A stretch of 64,000 bases of DNA from Eledone cirrhosa (Eukaryota). The position numbers were made by a program, and so were the translations under genes. Position 1 is the first letter of the stretch, and each line of letters starts with the position of its first letter. The notes under the pieces are model-generated. The model was not told the origin of the DNA. It was given only the letters and a program-made list of their open reading frames with translations, and searched no databases. The stretch spans positions 13,950,001-14,014,000 of the forward strand of contig OZ024758.1 in assembly GCA_964016885.1 (NCBI GenBank), in the 5' to 3' direction. Positions 1 through 12,464 of this stretch are shown here, one piece after another.

Positions 1-424
1 TTCCTCTCTTTCTTTCCTCCTCCTCCACTCCCCACCCCCTTCCTCTCTTTCCTCCTCCTCTCCTTCCCATCCTCTCCTTCCTCCCCGTCTCCTACTTCTA
101 TACTTCCTTCACTTACTTCTCCCCTCCTCTCCTCCTCCTATTATATTACAGACCTTACCTGTGTTTCTTTGTTCATTGGTTTACCTAATGTCCCCTCCGT
201 ACCAAGGACCCCCTGCCCCCCCCCCCTATTGATTCATGGCGGGGGGGGGGGGGGGGAGTCAGTAGAAGGGAGGAGGAGATACCCCCACCCCTGTCTGTTT
301 ATATTAAACTGAATACCTTCCTTTGTTAAACTTCATGACTGAACCTTCTGCCAGGTATTATTGCAGCCAATGTCACCATGACCTGCCTAATCAGGTGTCT
401 GCTACTTTTCCCAAAACTGTTTAA

Positions 425-2366
425 CCCTTTAGCATTTACATTACTCTATATATATACTATTGTATTTTCACAGTAAAGTCTTTACCTCACATAATATCTC
501 ACATAGCATTTACATTACTCTATATATACTGTTGTATTTTCACAGTAAAGTCTTTACCTCACATAATATCTCACATAACATTTACATTACTCTATATATA
601 CTATTGTATTTTCACAGTAAAGTCTTTACCTCACATAATATCTCACATAACATTTACATTACTCTATATATACTATTGTATTTTCACAGTAAAGTCTTTA
701 CCTCACATAATATCTCGCATAACATTTACATTACTCTATATATACTATTGTATTTTCACAGTAAAGTCTTTACCTCACATAATATCTCGCATAACATTTA
801 CATTACTCTATATATACTATTGTATTTTCACAGTAAAGTCTTTACCTCACATAATATCTCACATAACATTTACATTACTCTATATATACTATTGTATTTT
901 CACAGTAAAGTCTTTACCTCACATAATATCTCGCATAACATTTACATTACTCTATATATACTATTGTATTTTCACGGTAAAGTCTTTACCTCACATAATA
1001 TCTCACATAACATTTACATTACTCTATATATACTATTGTATTTTCACAGTAAAGTCTTTACCTCACATAATATCTCACATAACATTTACATTACTCTATA
1101 TATACTATTGTATTTTCACGGTAAAGGCTTTACCTCACATAATATCTCACATAACATTTACATTACTCTATATATACTATTGTATTTTCACAGTAAAGGC
1201 CTTTACCTCACATATTATCTCACATAACATTTACATTACTCTATATATACTATTGTATTTTCACAGTAAAGTCTTTACCTCACATAATATCTCACATAAC
1301 ATTTACATTACTCTATATATACTATTGTATTTTCACAGTAAAGTCTTTACCTCACATAATATCTCACATAACATTTACATTACTCTATATATACTATTGT
1401 ATTTTCACAGTAAAGTCTTTACCTCACATAATATCTCACATAACATTTACATTACTCTATATATACTATTGTATTTTCACAGTAAAGTCTTTACCTCACA
1501 TAATACCTCACATGACATTTACATTACTCTATATATACTATTGTATTTTCACAGTAAAGTCTTTACCTCACATAATATCTCACATAACATTTACATTACT
1601 CTATATATACTATTGTATTTTCACAGAAAAGTCTTTACCTCACATAATATCTCACATAACATTTACATTACTCTATATATACTATTGTATTTTCACAGTA
1701 AAGTCTTTACCTCACATAATATCTCACATAACATTTACATTACTCTATATATACTATTGTATTTTCACAGTAAAGTCTTTACCTCACATAATACCTCACA
1801 TAACATTTACATTACTCTATATATACTATTGTATTTTCACAGTAAAGTCTTTACCTCACATAATATCTCACATAACATTTACATTACTCTATATATACTA
1901 TTGTATTTTCACAGTAAAGTCTTTACCTCACATAATACCTCACATAACATTTACATTACTCTATATATACTATTGTATTTTCACAGTAAAGTCTTTACCT
2001 CACATAATATCTCACATGACATTTACATTACTCTATATATACTATTGTATTTTCACAGTAAAGGCTTTACCTCACATAATATCTCACATAACATTTACAT
2101 TACTCTATATATACTATTGTATTTTCACGGTAAAGGCTTTACCTCACATATTATCTCACATAACATTTACATTACTCTATATATACTGTTGTATTTTCAT
2201 GGTAAAAGCTTTATCTTACATACTTATCTCACATAATATCGAATCTATGAGATTTTGATGTTATTTATTTTGAGTACCTTACCTTAACATCAGTATGAGT
2301 GGCTGGTTTGAACAGAAAGAGGTGAGAAAATTCTGGCCGGATATGGCCGGTTTAAATGCTAAAGAG
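425..2366 (+). mobile_element. piggyBac-type MITE (family M1) with an internal 72-bp unit expanded to about 25 copies
   Basis: TTAA (421-424) then CCCTTTAGCATTTA ... TAAATGCTAAAGAG then TTAA (2367-2370). The 72-bp period is seen directly (tgtattttca at 461, 533, ...). The unique right arm matches the unexpanded copy at 17834-18050. Confidence 0.85.
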
Positions 2367-2559
2367 TTAATAAAATTAAATCAAGAACTCTTTAGTCATT
2401 GAAGTCACTAAAGTACTCCCTGCATCAATTAGTCGTTCTCTCAACATTTTTATATGTCTTCGGAGATTTTTACCCTCCTCACAAATTTCATAATCACTGC
2501 ATATTTTGTACATTGGCTAATAATTATAGTATTATGGTAAAATGCTATTATTTTAACTA

Positions 2560-3135
2560 GTATCGTTAGAGCGTCAGATACCATGCTCTGCAAGCATAGA
2601 GTTATGGTCTTTTATGTTCCGAGTTTAAATCCCACCGAGGTTAGCTTTGCCTTTCATCTTTACAGGGTTGATAAAATAAAGTACCAGTAATGCACTGGGA
2701 TAATTGCTGGCCTTGTGCCAAAAGTAGAGACAATTATTTTAACTATAATATTAACCCTTTAGCATTTAAACCGGCCATATCTGGCCAGAATTCTCTCACC
2801 TTTTTCTGTTTAAACTAGCCGTAACTTGTCACTCATACTGATGTTAAGGTATTGTTCTCAAAAAAAATAATATCAAAATTGTTGGCCCTGTGCCAAAAGT
2901 AGAAACAATTATTTTAACAATCATTATGACTATTATCAGACACCATGCTTTGCAGCATAGTGTTATGGCCCTTTACGTTCTGAGTTTAAATCCCGCCGAG
3001 GTTAGCTTTGCCCTTCATCTTTATAGGGTTTATAGGGTTGATAAAATAAAGTACCAGTAATGCATTGGGGTCAATTTAATTGACTTTCCCCTCCCCTAAA
3101 TAATTGCTGACCTTGTGCCTAAAGTAGAAACAATT
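2560..3135 (+). mobile_element. Two SINE family A copies around a partial MITE M1 end (about 2751-2880)
   Basis: Contains the SINE A core gagtttaaatccc(a/g)ccgaggttagctttgcctttcatc...gataaaataaagtaccagt twice. Confidence 0.75.
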
Positions 3136-3306
3136 TATTATTATTATTATTGTCATTTTGTTATTGTGTATTTTTTACTTGATTTTATTGTAACCCCCCC
3201 CCCCCCCCGCCACTGTCCCCTATATGTCGCCCCTTGTGGCCAATAAATGAAACCCTTCTTCTGTTTTAAGATGGTGGAATGGGAGTTGAAGCATCAACAT
3301 TTAAAT

Positions 3307-4510
3307 GTCCTTTGATGCTTAAAATATTCGGAAAATAGCATAACATAGGTTGTTACATGAAATTGTGAAGGAAGATTTTAAAGTAAATATATACAATTTA
3401 AAACCAACACCTTTGTCCTTTGATGCTTAAAATATTCGGAACATAGCATAACATAGGTTGTTACATGAAATTGTGAAGGAAGATTTTAAAGTAAATATAT
3501 ACAATTTAAAACCGACACCTTTGTCCTTTGATGCTTAAAATATTCGGAACATAGCATAACATAGGTTGTTACATGAAATTGTGAAGGAAGATTTTAAAGT
3601 AAATATATACAATTTAAAACCGACACCTTTGTCCTTTGATGCTTAAAATATTCGGAACATAGCATAACGTAACATAGGTTGTTACATGAAATTGTGAAGG
3701 AAGATTTTAAAGTAAATATATACAATTTAAAACCGACACCTTTGTCCTTTGATGCTTAAAATATTCGGAACATAGCATAACATAGGTTGTTACATGAAAT
3801 TGTGAAGGAAGATTTTAAAGTAAATATATACAATTTAAAACCGACACCTTTGTCCTTTGATGCTTAAAATATTCGGAACATAGCATAACATAGGTTGTTA
3901 CATGAAATTGTGAAGGAAGATTTTAAAGTAAATATATACAATTTAAAACCAACTCCTTTGTCCTTTGATGCTTAAAATATTCGGAACATAGCATAACATA
4001 GGTTGTTACATGAAATTGTGAAGGAAGATTTTAAAGTAAATATATACAATTTAAAACCGACACCTTTGTCCTTTGATGCTTAAAATATTCGGAACATAGC
4101 ATAACGTAACATAGGTTGTTACATGAAATTGTGAAGGAAGATTTTAAAGTAAATATATACAATTTAAAACCGACACCTTTGTCCTTTGATGCTTAAAATA
4201 TTCGGAACATAGCATAACGTAACATAGGTTGTTACATGAAATTGTGAAGGAAGATTTTAAAGTAAATATATACAATTTAAAACCAACTCCTTTGTCCTTT
4301 GATGCTTAAAATATTCGGAACATAGCATAACATAGGTTGTTACATGAAATTGTGAAGGAAGATTTTAAAGTAAATATATACAATTTAAAACCAACTCCTT
4401 TGTCCTTTGATGCTTAAAATATTCGGAACATAGCATAACATAGGTTGTTACATGAAATTGTGAAGGAAGATTTTAAAGTAAATATATACAATTTAAAACC
4501 AACTCCTTTG
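3307..4510. repeat. Tandem array, 108-bp unit (113-bp variant with a 5-bp insertion), about 11 copies
   Basis: gtcctttgatgcttaaaatattcgg starts at 3307, 3415, 3523 and onward. Units are near-identical. Confidence 0.95.
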
Positions 4511-4814
4511 TATCGTAAAACCAGAAACTACGGCTGGTTTCAAAGCAGTTTGTTATGAAAAGGTTTTAAACTTTATGAAAGGACCAGTTGTCCCAAACAC
4601 CTGGTGAGTCCATTTACTCTTGCACCACACCTGCCCTGCTACATTTACTTATTTATTTAGTTGCTTTGGTTGCCTTGGTAATGGAAAGGTGTGAAACCCC
4701 CCCCCCCCCCACACACACACACCTAATTTCTGTTTTTAAGAGCTCACCAGACTTCTTCCCTCACTTACAGACATGCATGCTCTTTCTCTCTCTCTCTCTC
4801 TCACAGATATATTG

Positions 4815-5014
4815 TCATCACCACCACCGTCATCACCGTCATCACCATCATCATCACCGTCACCGTCATCACCACCACCATCATCACCGTCATCACCATC
4901 ACCACCATCATCATCATCGTCATCATCACCACCATTACCATCATCATCATCACCACCATCACCACCACCACCACCACCACCACCATCACCACCACCATCA
5001 CCACCACCATCACC

Positions 5015-5045
<31 letters not shown>

Positions 5046-5051
5046 CCATCA
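4815..5051. repeat. (CAC/CAT)n trinucleotide tract, the tail of the adjacent LINE fragment
   Basis: Direct reading. Source of the spurious poly-His/Gly ORFs. Confidence 0.9.
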
Positions 5052-5275
5052 TCTGTCTGTTTTTTCCCTGCTTGCAAGGGTGGGACGGGTCCTATTCAGC
5101 CCAGCATCTCTCCATTCGTCACTGTCCTTCGTCATCTCCTCCGTGAACTTCAGCAATCTGAGGTCTGCTGTCACCACCTCCGCCCATGTCTTTCATGGTC
5201 TTCCTCTACTGCGTCTTCCTTCCACTGCGATTTCTTGGCACTGCTTTACCCAGCGGTCATCCTCTATGCGCATCA
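5052..5275 (-). mobile_element. RTE-clade LINE 3' fragment
   Basis: Homologous to 62051-62560, with the GRRSRGRP..TWAEVV region on the minus strand, and ends in a (GAT)n tail. Confidence 0.85.
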
Positions 5276-6039
5276 TCAATATACATTTATTTATTCAATC
5301 AATATGCGGCTCTTACAAGACTAGTTCTGTTCCTTTCTTAAATGTTTCCCTCCTTTCATGTGCTGTTCAGGGCTCCACTTCTACATTAATCCTCAATCTG
5401 TTCATTTCTTTCAGAAAACCATTTAAACCACTTTTTAAAATGTCTTACCCACACACACACACACACACTCACACATACATAAATACATTCACACTGACAC
5501 ATACATAAATACATTCACACACACATAGATACTGACACATACACACTCAGATACTTTCACACTCACACAAACATAGATACTTTCACACACACATACATAG
5601 ACACATACACACTCACACACACATAGATACTTTCACGCTCACACATACATAGACACACACACACACCTACATAGGCACATACACACTCACACCTACATAG
5701 GCACATACACACTCACTCACATACATAAATACATACACACTCACTCACATACATAAATACATACACACTCACACATACATGTACATATACACACTCACTC
5801 ACACATACATGTACACATACACACTGACACATTACATAGACACCTCCACACAGACACACTCACACATTACATAGACACCTCCGCATAAAATGGTAAGCAT
5901 GTCAGCGCCATTTATCAACCTGTTCTTCAAATATCAGTCAATACCTTTTGAAGTCCAGACATCTTTTCAATTGACTTGTTAGATTTTCTTGTGATTTATA
6001 CTGACAAAAACACCATGTAATTTAATTGACAAATTGGGT

Positions 6040-6793
6040 CTGTGTATATATGTGTGTATGTGTGTGTATATGTGTGTATATATGTGTATATGTGTGTATA
6101 TATGTGTACATATGTGTGTGTATGTGTGTGTGTATATATGGTTATGTGTGTGTATGTATAAATATATATATGCGTATGTGTGTGTATGTGTACATGTGTA
6201 TTTATGTGTGTATGTATATGTGTACATATGTGTATTTATGTGTGTATATATGTGTATATACTTGTGTGTATATGTGTACATATGTGTATATGTGTGTACA
6301 CTGTGTGATATTTAAACATCTAAATATGTTTTTTGTTTGGTAACTTTGAGAGATTGTGTGTATACATGTGTATATATGTGTGTATATGTGTGTATACATG
6401 TGATACATGTGTATACATGTGTATATGTGTGATATTTAAACATCTAAATTTTTTTATTTGGTAACTTTGAGAGATTGTATGTATGTATGTATGTATATAC
6501 ACGTGTATATATGTATATATACATGTGTATATGTGTGATATTTAAACATCTAAATTAAAATTCTATTATGAGATTTATTAATTATTCGTTGAATCGATTC
6601 TATCAACATTCAGCTTTCAAAACTGAAACTAGTTCCAAGAAACTGTAATTTAAATTATGTCCAGCACCCCCGAAGCTGAGAATTACAAATTAAAAATTCA
6701 TTTATCTTGAATTAATTAAAATATAATATAACAGTAGTTTGTTTAAAGTTTCTAATTATTGTCTTCTGTGTACCTCTGTCTGGGTGTGTGTTG

Positions 6794-6828
<35 letters not shown>

Positions 6829-7680
6829 TATATGTCCATGTATGTATGTATATATGTTCATGTATATGTGTATATATGTCCATGTATGTATGTATATATG
6901 TCCATGTATGTATGTATATATGTCCATGTATGTATGTCGTATATGTCCATGTATGTATGTCGTATATGTCCATGTATGTGTGTATATATGTCCACATATG
7001 TGTATATATGTCCATGTATGTATGTATATATGTATATATGTCCATGTATATGTGTATATATGTCTATGTATGTATGTATGTATGTGTATATGTCCATATA
7101 TATGTGTATATATGTCCACGTATGTATGTATATATGTCCATGTATGTATATATGTCCATATGTGTATATATGTCTATGTATGTATATATGTCCATGTATG
7201 TATATATGTCCATGTATATGTGTATATATGTCCACGTATATGTGTATATATGTCCACGTATATGTATCTATATGTCCATGTATATGTATATATGTCCATG
7301 TATATGTGTATATGTCCATGTATGTACGTATATATGTGTATATATGTCTATGTATGTATATATGTCCATGTATGTGTGTATATATGTCTATGTATGTATA
7401 TATGTCCATGTATATATGTATATATCTCCATGTATATATGTGTATATGTCCATATATATGTGTATATATGTTTATGTATATATGTTTATGTATGTATATA
7501 TGTCCATGTATGTGTATATATATGTCCATGTATATATGTCCATGTATATATGTCCATGTATATGTGTATATAAGTTCATGTATATATGTCCATGTAGATG
7601 TGTATATATGTCCATGTATGTATGTATATCCATGTATATGTGTATATATGTCCATGTATATCTGTATATATGTCCATATA
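6040..7680. repeat. Composite (TA/TG)n microsatellite fields, including a tatgtcca-punctuated block
   Basis: Direct reading. Confidence 0.9.
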
Positions 7681-7924
7681 TACATACAAGAATATCTTAT
7701 GTATCCATGCATTATTTAAGCCTCTCTTCATGCATGACTGCACGGCTCTTGTTGGGTGGATGACTGATCCATTATTCTTGGTTTGAGTCGAACGAGACTT
7801 CTTCAGCTAGAACCCTAGAACCCTACGCTTGTATACTATACCTTCTTGGTTTTAACCTCTTCAGTACCACCAACAAGATAACTCATCCTAACATGTTTAT
7901 CATAATAATAATAATAATAATGTT

Positions 7925-8175
7925 TGCTTGAGCAAGACACTTTATTTCACATTGCTCCAGCTTACTCAGCTGTAGAAATGACATGATCGGGACTGGGGTC
8001 CCTATCATTCCACTGCAAAGTAGTCGTGGAGGTGCCACGGCAAAAAAGCACCCAGCACTCACTGTAAATGAGGTTGGTGTTAGGAAGGGCATCCAGCTGT
8101 AGAAATCAAGCCAGAATCAGTTCCCGTCCCACCCTTGCAAGCAGGGAAAAAGCGGACGTAAAATGAAATGATGAA
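7925..8175 (+). mobile_element. SINE family B, 5'-truncated
   Basis: cttgagcaagacactttatttcacattgctccag...ggtgttaggaagggcatccagc...gcggacgtaaaatga matches 53583-53925. Confidence 0.85.
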
Positions 8176-8664
8176 TAATAATGAAATTATTGTGTACAGT
8201 GCTCAGGTGCACTACCACTCATCAAATGTGCATGTATAGTACATAGAATAATGTACAAATGTCAGGAAAGCGAACAGTGTATGAGTGTATGAGCCATGAA
8301 ACACATTAACTCTTTTCCAACAGTTGATAGTTTCAAAGCTAGATGGGGTTACTAGTTTGTTGGTGTGACATTTGTTGTTAATGTTTCTTTAAAAATAGTC
8401 ATTTTATTTTATTAAGAAAAAAAACCTAGCACAGCAACTGTAGCTGTGTAAAATATACACAGCAGTCAACAGGTTAATGATGGTACAGAGTTTTGTATGT
8501 TTAACCACTGATTAACATGATTAAAAATAAACTCTACTACATGTATTGAATACTTTTGCTCCCTATTACATCATTGATCAAATCAATAGGTCTCACAACT
8601 TGCTCAGACTCACTTGACTCTCTGTCACCATCCAATTCTATTGTTCATTTTATTTGGGAGACCA

Positions 8665-9066
8665 GAGAGACTGCTGTTTATGTTGTCACAATTCTACTTG
8701 ATATAGGTCTTGGGTTGTCACCTCTGCTAGCCCTTTCTTGTGTAGGTCCCCACAAACGAGAGATTATAGTTTATATCATCACAAAACCACTTGGTATAGG
8801 TCTTGGCTTGTCACCTCTACTAATCCTTCCTCGTGTAGGACCCCACAAAGGAGAGATTGCTGTTTATGTCATCACAAAACTACTTGATATAGGTTTTGGC
8901 CTGTCACCTCTGCTAGTTCTTCCTCGTGTAGGACCCCACAAACGAGAGATTGCTGTTTATGTCATCACAAATCTACTTGATATAGGTCTTGGCTTGTCAC
9001 CTCTGCTAGTTCTTCCTTCCGTAAGGTCGACACAAAAGAGAGATTGCAGTTTATATTGTCACATAT
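8665..9066. repeat. Degenerate tandem repeat, 93-bp unit, about 4 copies
   Basis: The gagattgctgtttatgtcatcacaaa...gatataggtcttggc motif recurs every 93 bp. Confidence 0.85.
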
Positions 9067-9439
9067 CTGCTTGTGTTGTGTTGTTGTTGTTGATGTTGTG
9101 TTGTGTTGTGATGTGGTAGTAGTGGTAGTAGTGGTAGTAGCAGTAGTAATGGTAATAGTAGCAGCAGTGGTAATAGTAGTAGTAGTAGTAGTAGTAGTCA
9201 AGAAATTAATCATAACAGATCTTTTGTATAACTTAAAATAACAGATATGTGAACTAACAAAATCTTGTTTTTTTGTTTAATTGTTCAGAATTGATAATAA
9301 TAAGAAAAATGTTGTTTTTTACCAATTTAATTATTTGATTAAAATAATTATCTAATCGCTTAATTTAAAGAATTCTTTTTCCTTGATTATTTAAGAAAGT
9401 CATGTTTTTATCGGCAGGTATTTTATTATCTAACGTGAT

Positions 9440-9838
9440 ATATATATGTGTGTGTGGGTGTGTATGTATATGTGTATATGTGTATATATACATATATGTA
9501 TATGTGTATATATGTATATATATATATATATATATGTATGTATATTTATGCGTGTATATATGTATGTGTATCTATATATATGTACATATATGTATATATA
9601 TGTATATGTATATATGTATATATATATGTATATGTATATATGTATATGTATATATATATATGTATATATATATATGTATATGGATGTGTATATATATGTA
9701 TATGTATGTGTATATATAATTGTATATCTATGTGTATATGTATGTGTATATATATGTGTATATGTATGTGTGTGTATATATATATGTATGTGTGTGTATA
9801 TATATGTATTTGTATGTATATGTATGTATATGTATGTG

Positions 9839-9869
<31 letters not shown>

Positions 9870-10835
9870 GTATATATATGTATGTGTATATATATATGTA
9901 TGTGTATATATGTATATATATGTATGTGTATATATATGTGTATGTGTATATATATATATATATGTATATATATGTATATGTATGTGTATATATATATATA
10001 TGTATATGTATGTGTATATATATATATATGTATATATATGTATATGTATGTGTATATGTATATGTATGTGTATATATATATATATATGTATGTGTATATA
10101 TATATATATATGTATATCTATATATATGTATATATATGTATATCTATAAATATGTATATATATGTATATCTATATATATGTATATATATGTATATCTATA
10201 TATATATGTATATATATGTATATCTATATATATGTATATATATGTATATCTATATATATGTATATATATGTATATCTATATATATGTATATATATGTATA
10301 TCTATATATATGTATATATATGTATATCTATATATATGTATATATATGTACATCTATATATATGTATATATATGTATATCTATATATATGTATATATATG
10401 TACATCTATATATATGTATATATATGTACATCTATATATATGTATATATATGTACATCTATATATATGTATATATATGTACATCTATATATATGTATACA
10501 TATGTACATCTATATATATGTATATATATGTATATCTATATATATGTATATATATGTATGTTGATGATGATGATGATGATGATGATGTATATATATGTAT
10601 ATCTATGTATATCTATATATATGTATATATATGTATATCTATATATATGTATATATATATATCAATAAAAATAACAGGAGGCTGGACAAACCTAAAGAAA
10701 TATATGTATATATATTTGTATATATACATATATGTATATATATATACATATGTGTATATATATGTATATTTATATATACATATATGTATATATATGTGTA
10801 TATATATATATATACATATATGTATGTGTATATAT

Positions 10836-10866
<31 letters not shown>

Positions 10867-10893
10867 CATATATGTATATGTGTATGTATGTAC

Positions 10894-10928
<35 letters not shown>

Positions 10929-10966
10929 TATATATATATATACATATATGTATATGTGTATGTATG

Positions 10967-11006
<40 letters not shown>

Positions 11007-11020
11007 TATACATATATATA
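9440..11020. repeat. (TA)n/(TATG)n microsatellite field
   Basis: Direct reading. Confidence 0.95.
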
Positions 11021-11204
11021 CATCCAATTCTGTTCCTGTGCTGTGTAACCAATTCAAGATTGAGTGAGATAATTTTATCATCAAATATTTAACTGACACT
11101 AAATAATGTAATAATTCTCTTCCATTTTTGTTATCATATTTAAATACAGTTAACTGTTGATGTTGATATTGACTGTGTAGCATTTGTATTGTATATGTTT
11201 GATA

Positions 11205-12315
11205 GCTAGAGAGGTAGGGAGAGGGGTAGGTATATAGAGAGGTAGGGAGGAGGGTAGGTAGATAGAGAGGTAGGGAGAGGGGTAGGTATATAGAGAGGTA
11301 GGAAGGGGGGTAGGTAGATAGAGAGGTAGGGAGGGGGGTAGGTAGATAGAGAGGTTGGGAGGGGGTAGGTAGATAGAGAGGTAGGGAGGGGGGTAGGTAG
11401 ATAGAGAGGTAGGGAGGGCGGTAGGTAGATAGAGAGGTAGGGAGGGGGGTAGGTAGATAGAGAGGTAGGGAGAGGGGTAGGTAGATAGAGAGGTAGGAAG
11501 GGGGGTAGGTATATAGAGAGGTAGGGAGGGGGTAGGTAGATAGAGAGGTAGGGAGGGGGGTAGGTAGATAGAGAGGTTGGGAGGGGGGTAGGTAGATAGA
11601 GAGGTAGGGAGGGGGGTAGGTAGATAGAGAGGTAGGGAGGGGGGTAGATAGAGAGGTTGGGAGGGGGGTAGGTAGATAGAGAGGTTGGGAGGGGGGTAGG
11701 TAGATAGAGAGGTAGGGAGGGGGGTAGGTAGATAGAGAGGTAGGAAGGGGGGTAGGTAGATATAGAGGTAGGGAGAGGGGTAGGTAGATAGAGAGGTAGG
11801 AAGGGGGGTAGGTATATAGAGAGGTAGGGAGGGGGTAGGTAGATAGAGAGGTAGGGAGGGGGGTAGGTAGATAGAGAGGTTGGGAGGAGGGTAGGTAGAT
11901 AGAGAGGTAGGGAGGGGGGTAGGTAGATAGAGAGGTAGGGAGGGGGGTAGGTAGATAGAGAGGTAGGAAGGGGGGTAGGTAGATAGAGAGGTAGGGAGGG
12001 GGTAGGTAGATATAGAGGTAGGGAGAGGGGTAGGTATATAGAGAGGTAGGAAGGGGGTTAGGTAGATAGAGAGGTAGGGAGGGGGGTAGGTAGATAGAGA
12101 GGTTGGGAGAGAGTAGGAAGGGGGTAGGTAGATAGAGAGGTTGGGAGGGGGGTAGGTAGATAGAGGTAGGAAGGGGGGTAGGTAGATAGAGAGGTAGGGA
12201 GGGGGGTAGGTAGATATAGAGGTAGGGAGAGAGTAGGAAGGGGGTAGGTAGATAGAGAGGTTGGGAGGGGGGTAGGTAGATAGAGAGGTTGGGAGGGGCT
12301 AGGTATATAGAGAGG
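11205..12315. repeat. Purine-rich minisatellite, about 28-bp unit (agatagagaggtagggaggggggtaggt)
   Basis: Direct reading. G-run rich on the + strand. Confidence 0.95.
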
Positions 12316-12464
12316 TTGATAGATATATTTCTTTATTTGCCACAAGGACGCACAAGAAAAGGGGACAATACAAGTAACATACGCCAGGGATTTTACATAC
12401 ATAATTGCTGGCCTTGTGCCAAAAGTAGAAACGGTTTTGTTATTATTATTGTTAATATTGTTAA

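Noticed and set aside
460-2258. Long ORFs of 248-327 aa with a 24-aa repeat
   Set aside because: They are translations of the 72-bp MITE-internal array. There is no splice or codon evidence.
4588-5508. Poly-His/Pro/Gly ORFs
   Set aside because: A (CAC/CAT)n microsatellite plus an antisense LINE fragment.
8556-9119. 187-aa hydrophobic repeat ORF
   Set aside because: It is the product of the 93-bp tandem repeat, with a non-ATG start and no domain.
5979-11183. Many Y/I/M/C/V-rich ORFs (also 47753-49188 and 59296-60557)
   Set aside because: (TA)n/(TG)n tracts lack stop codons. These are not genes.
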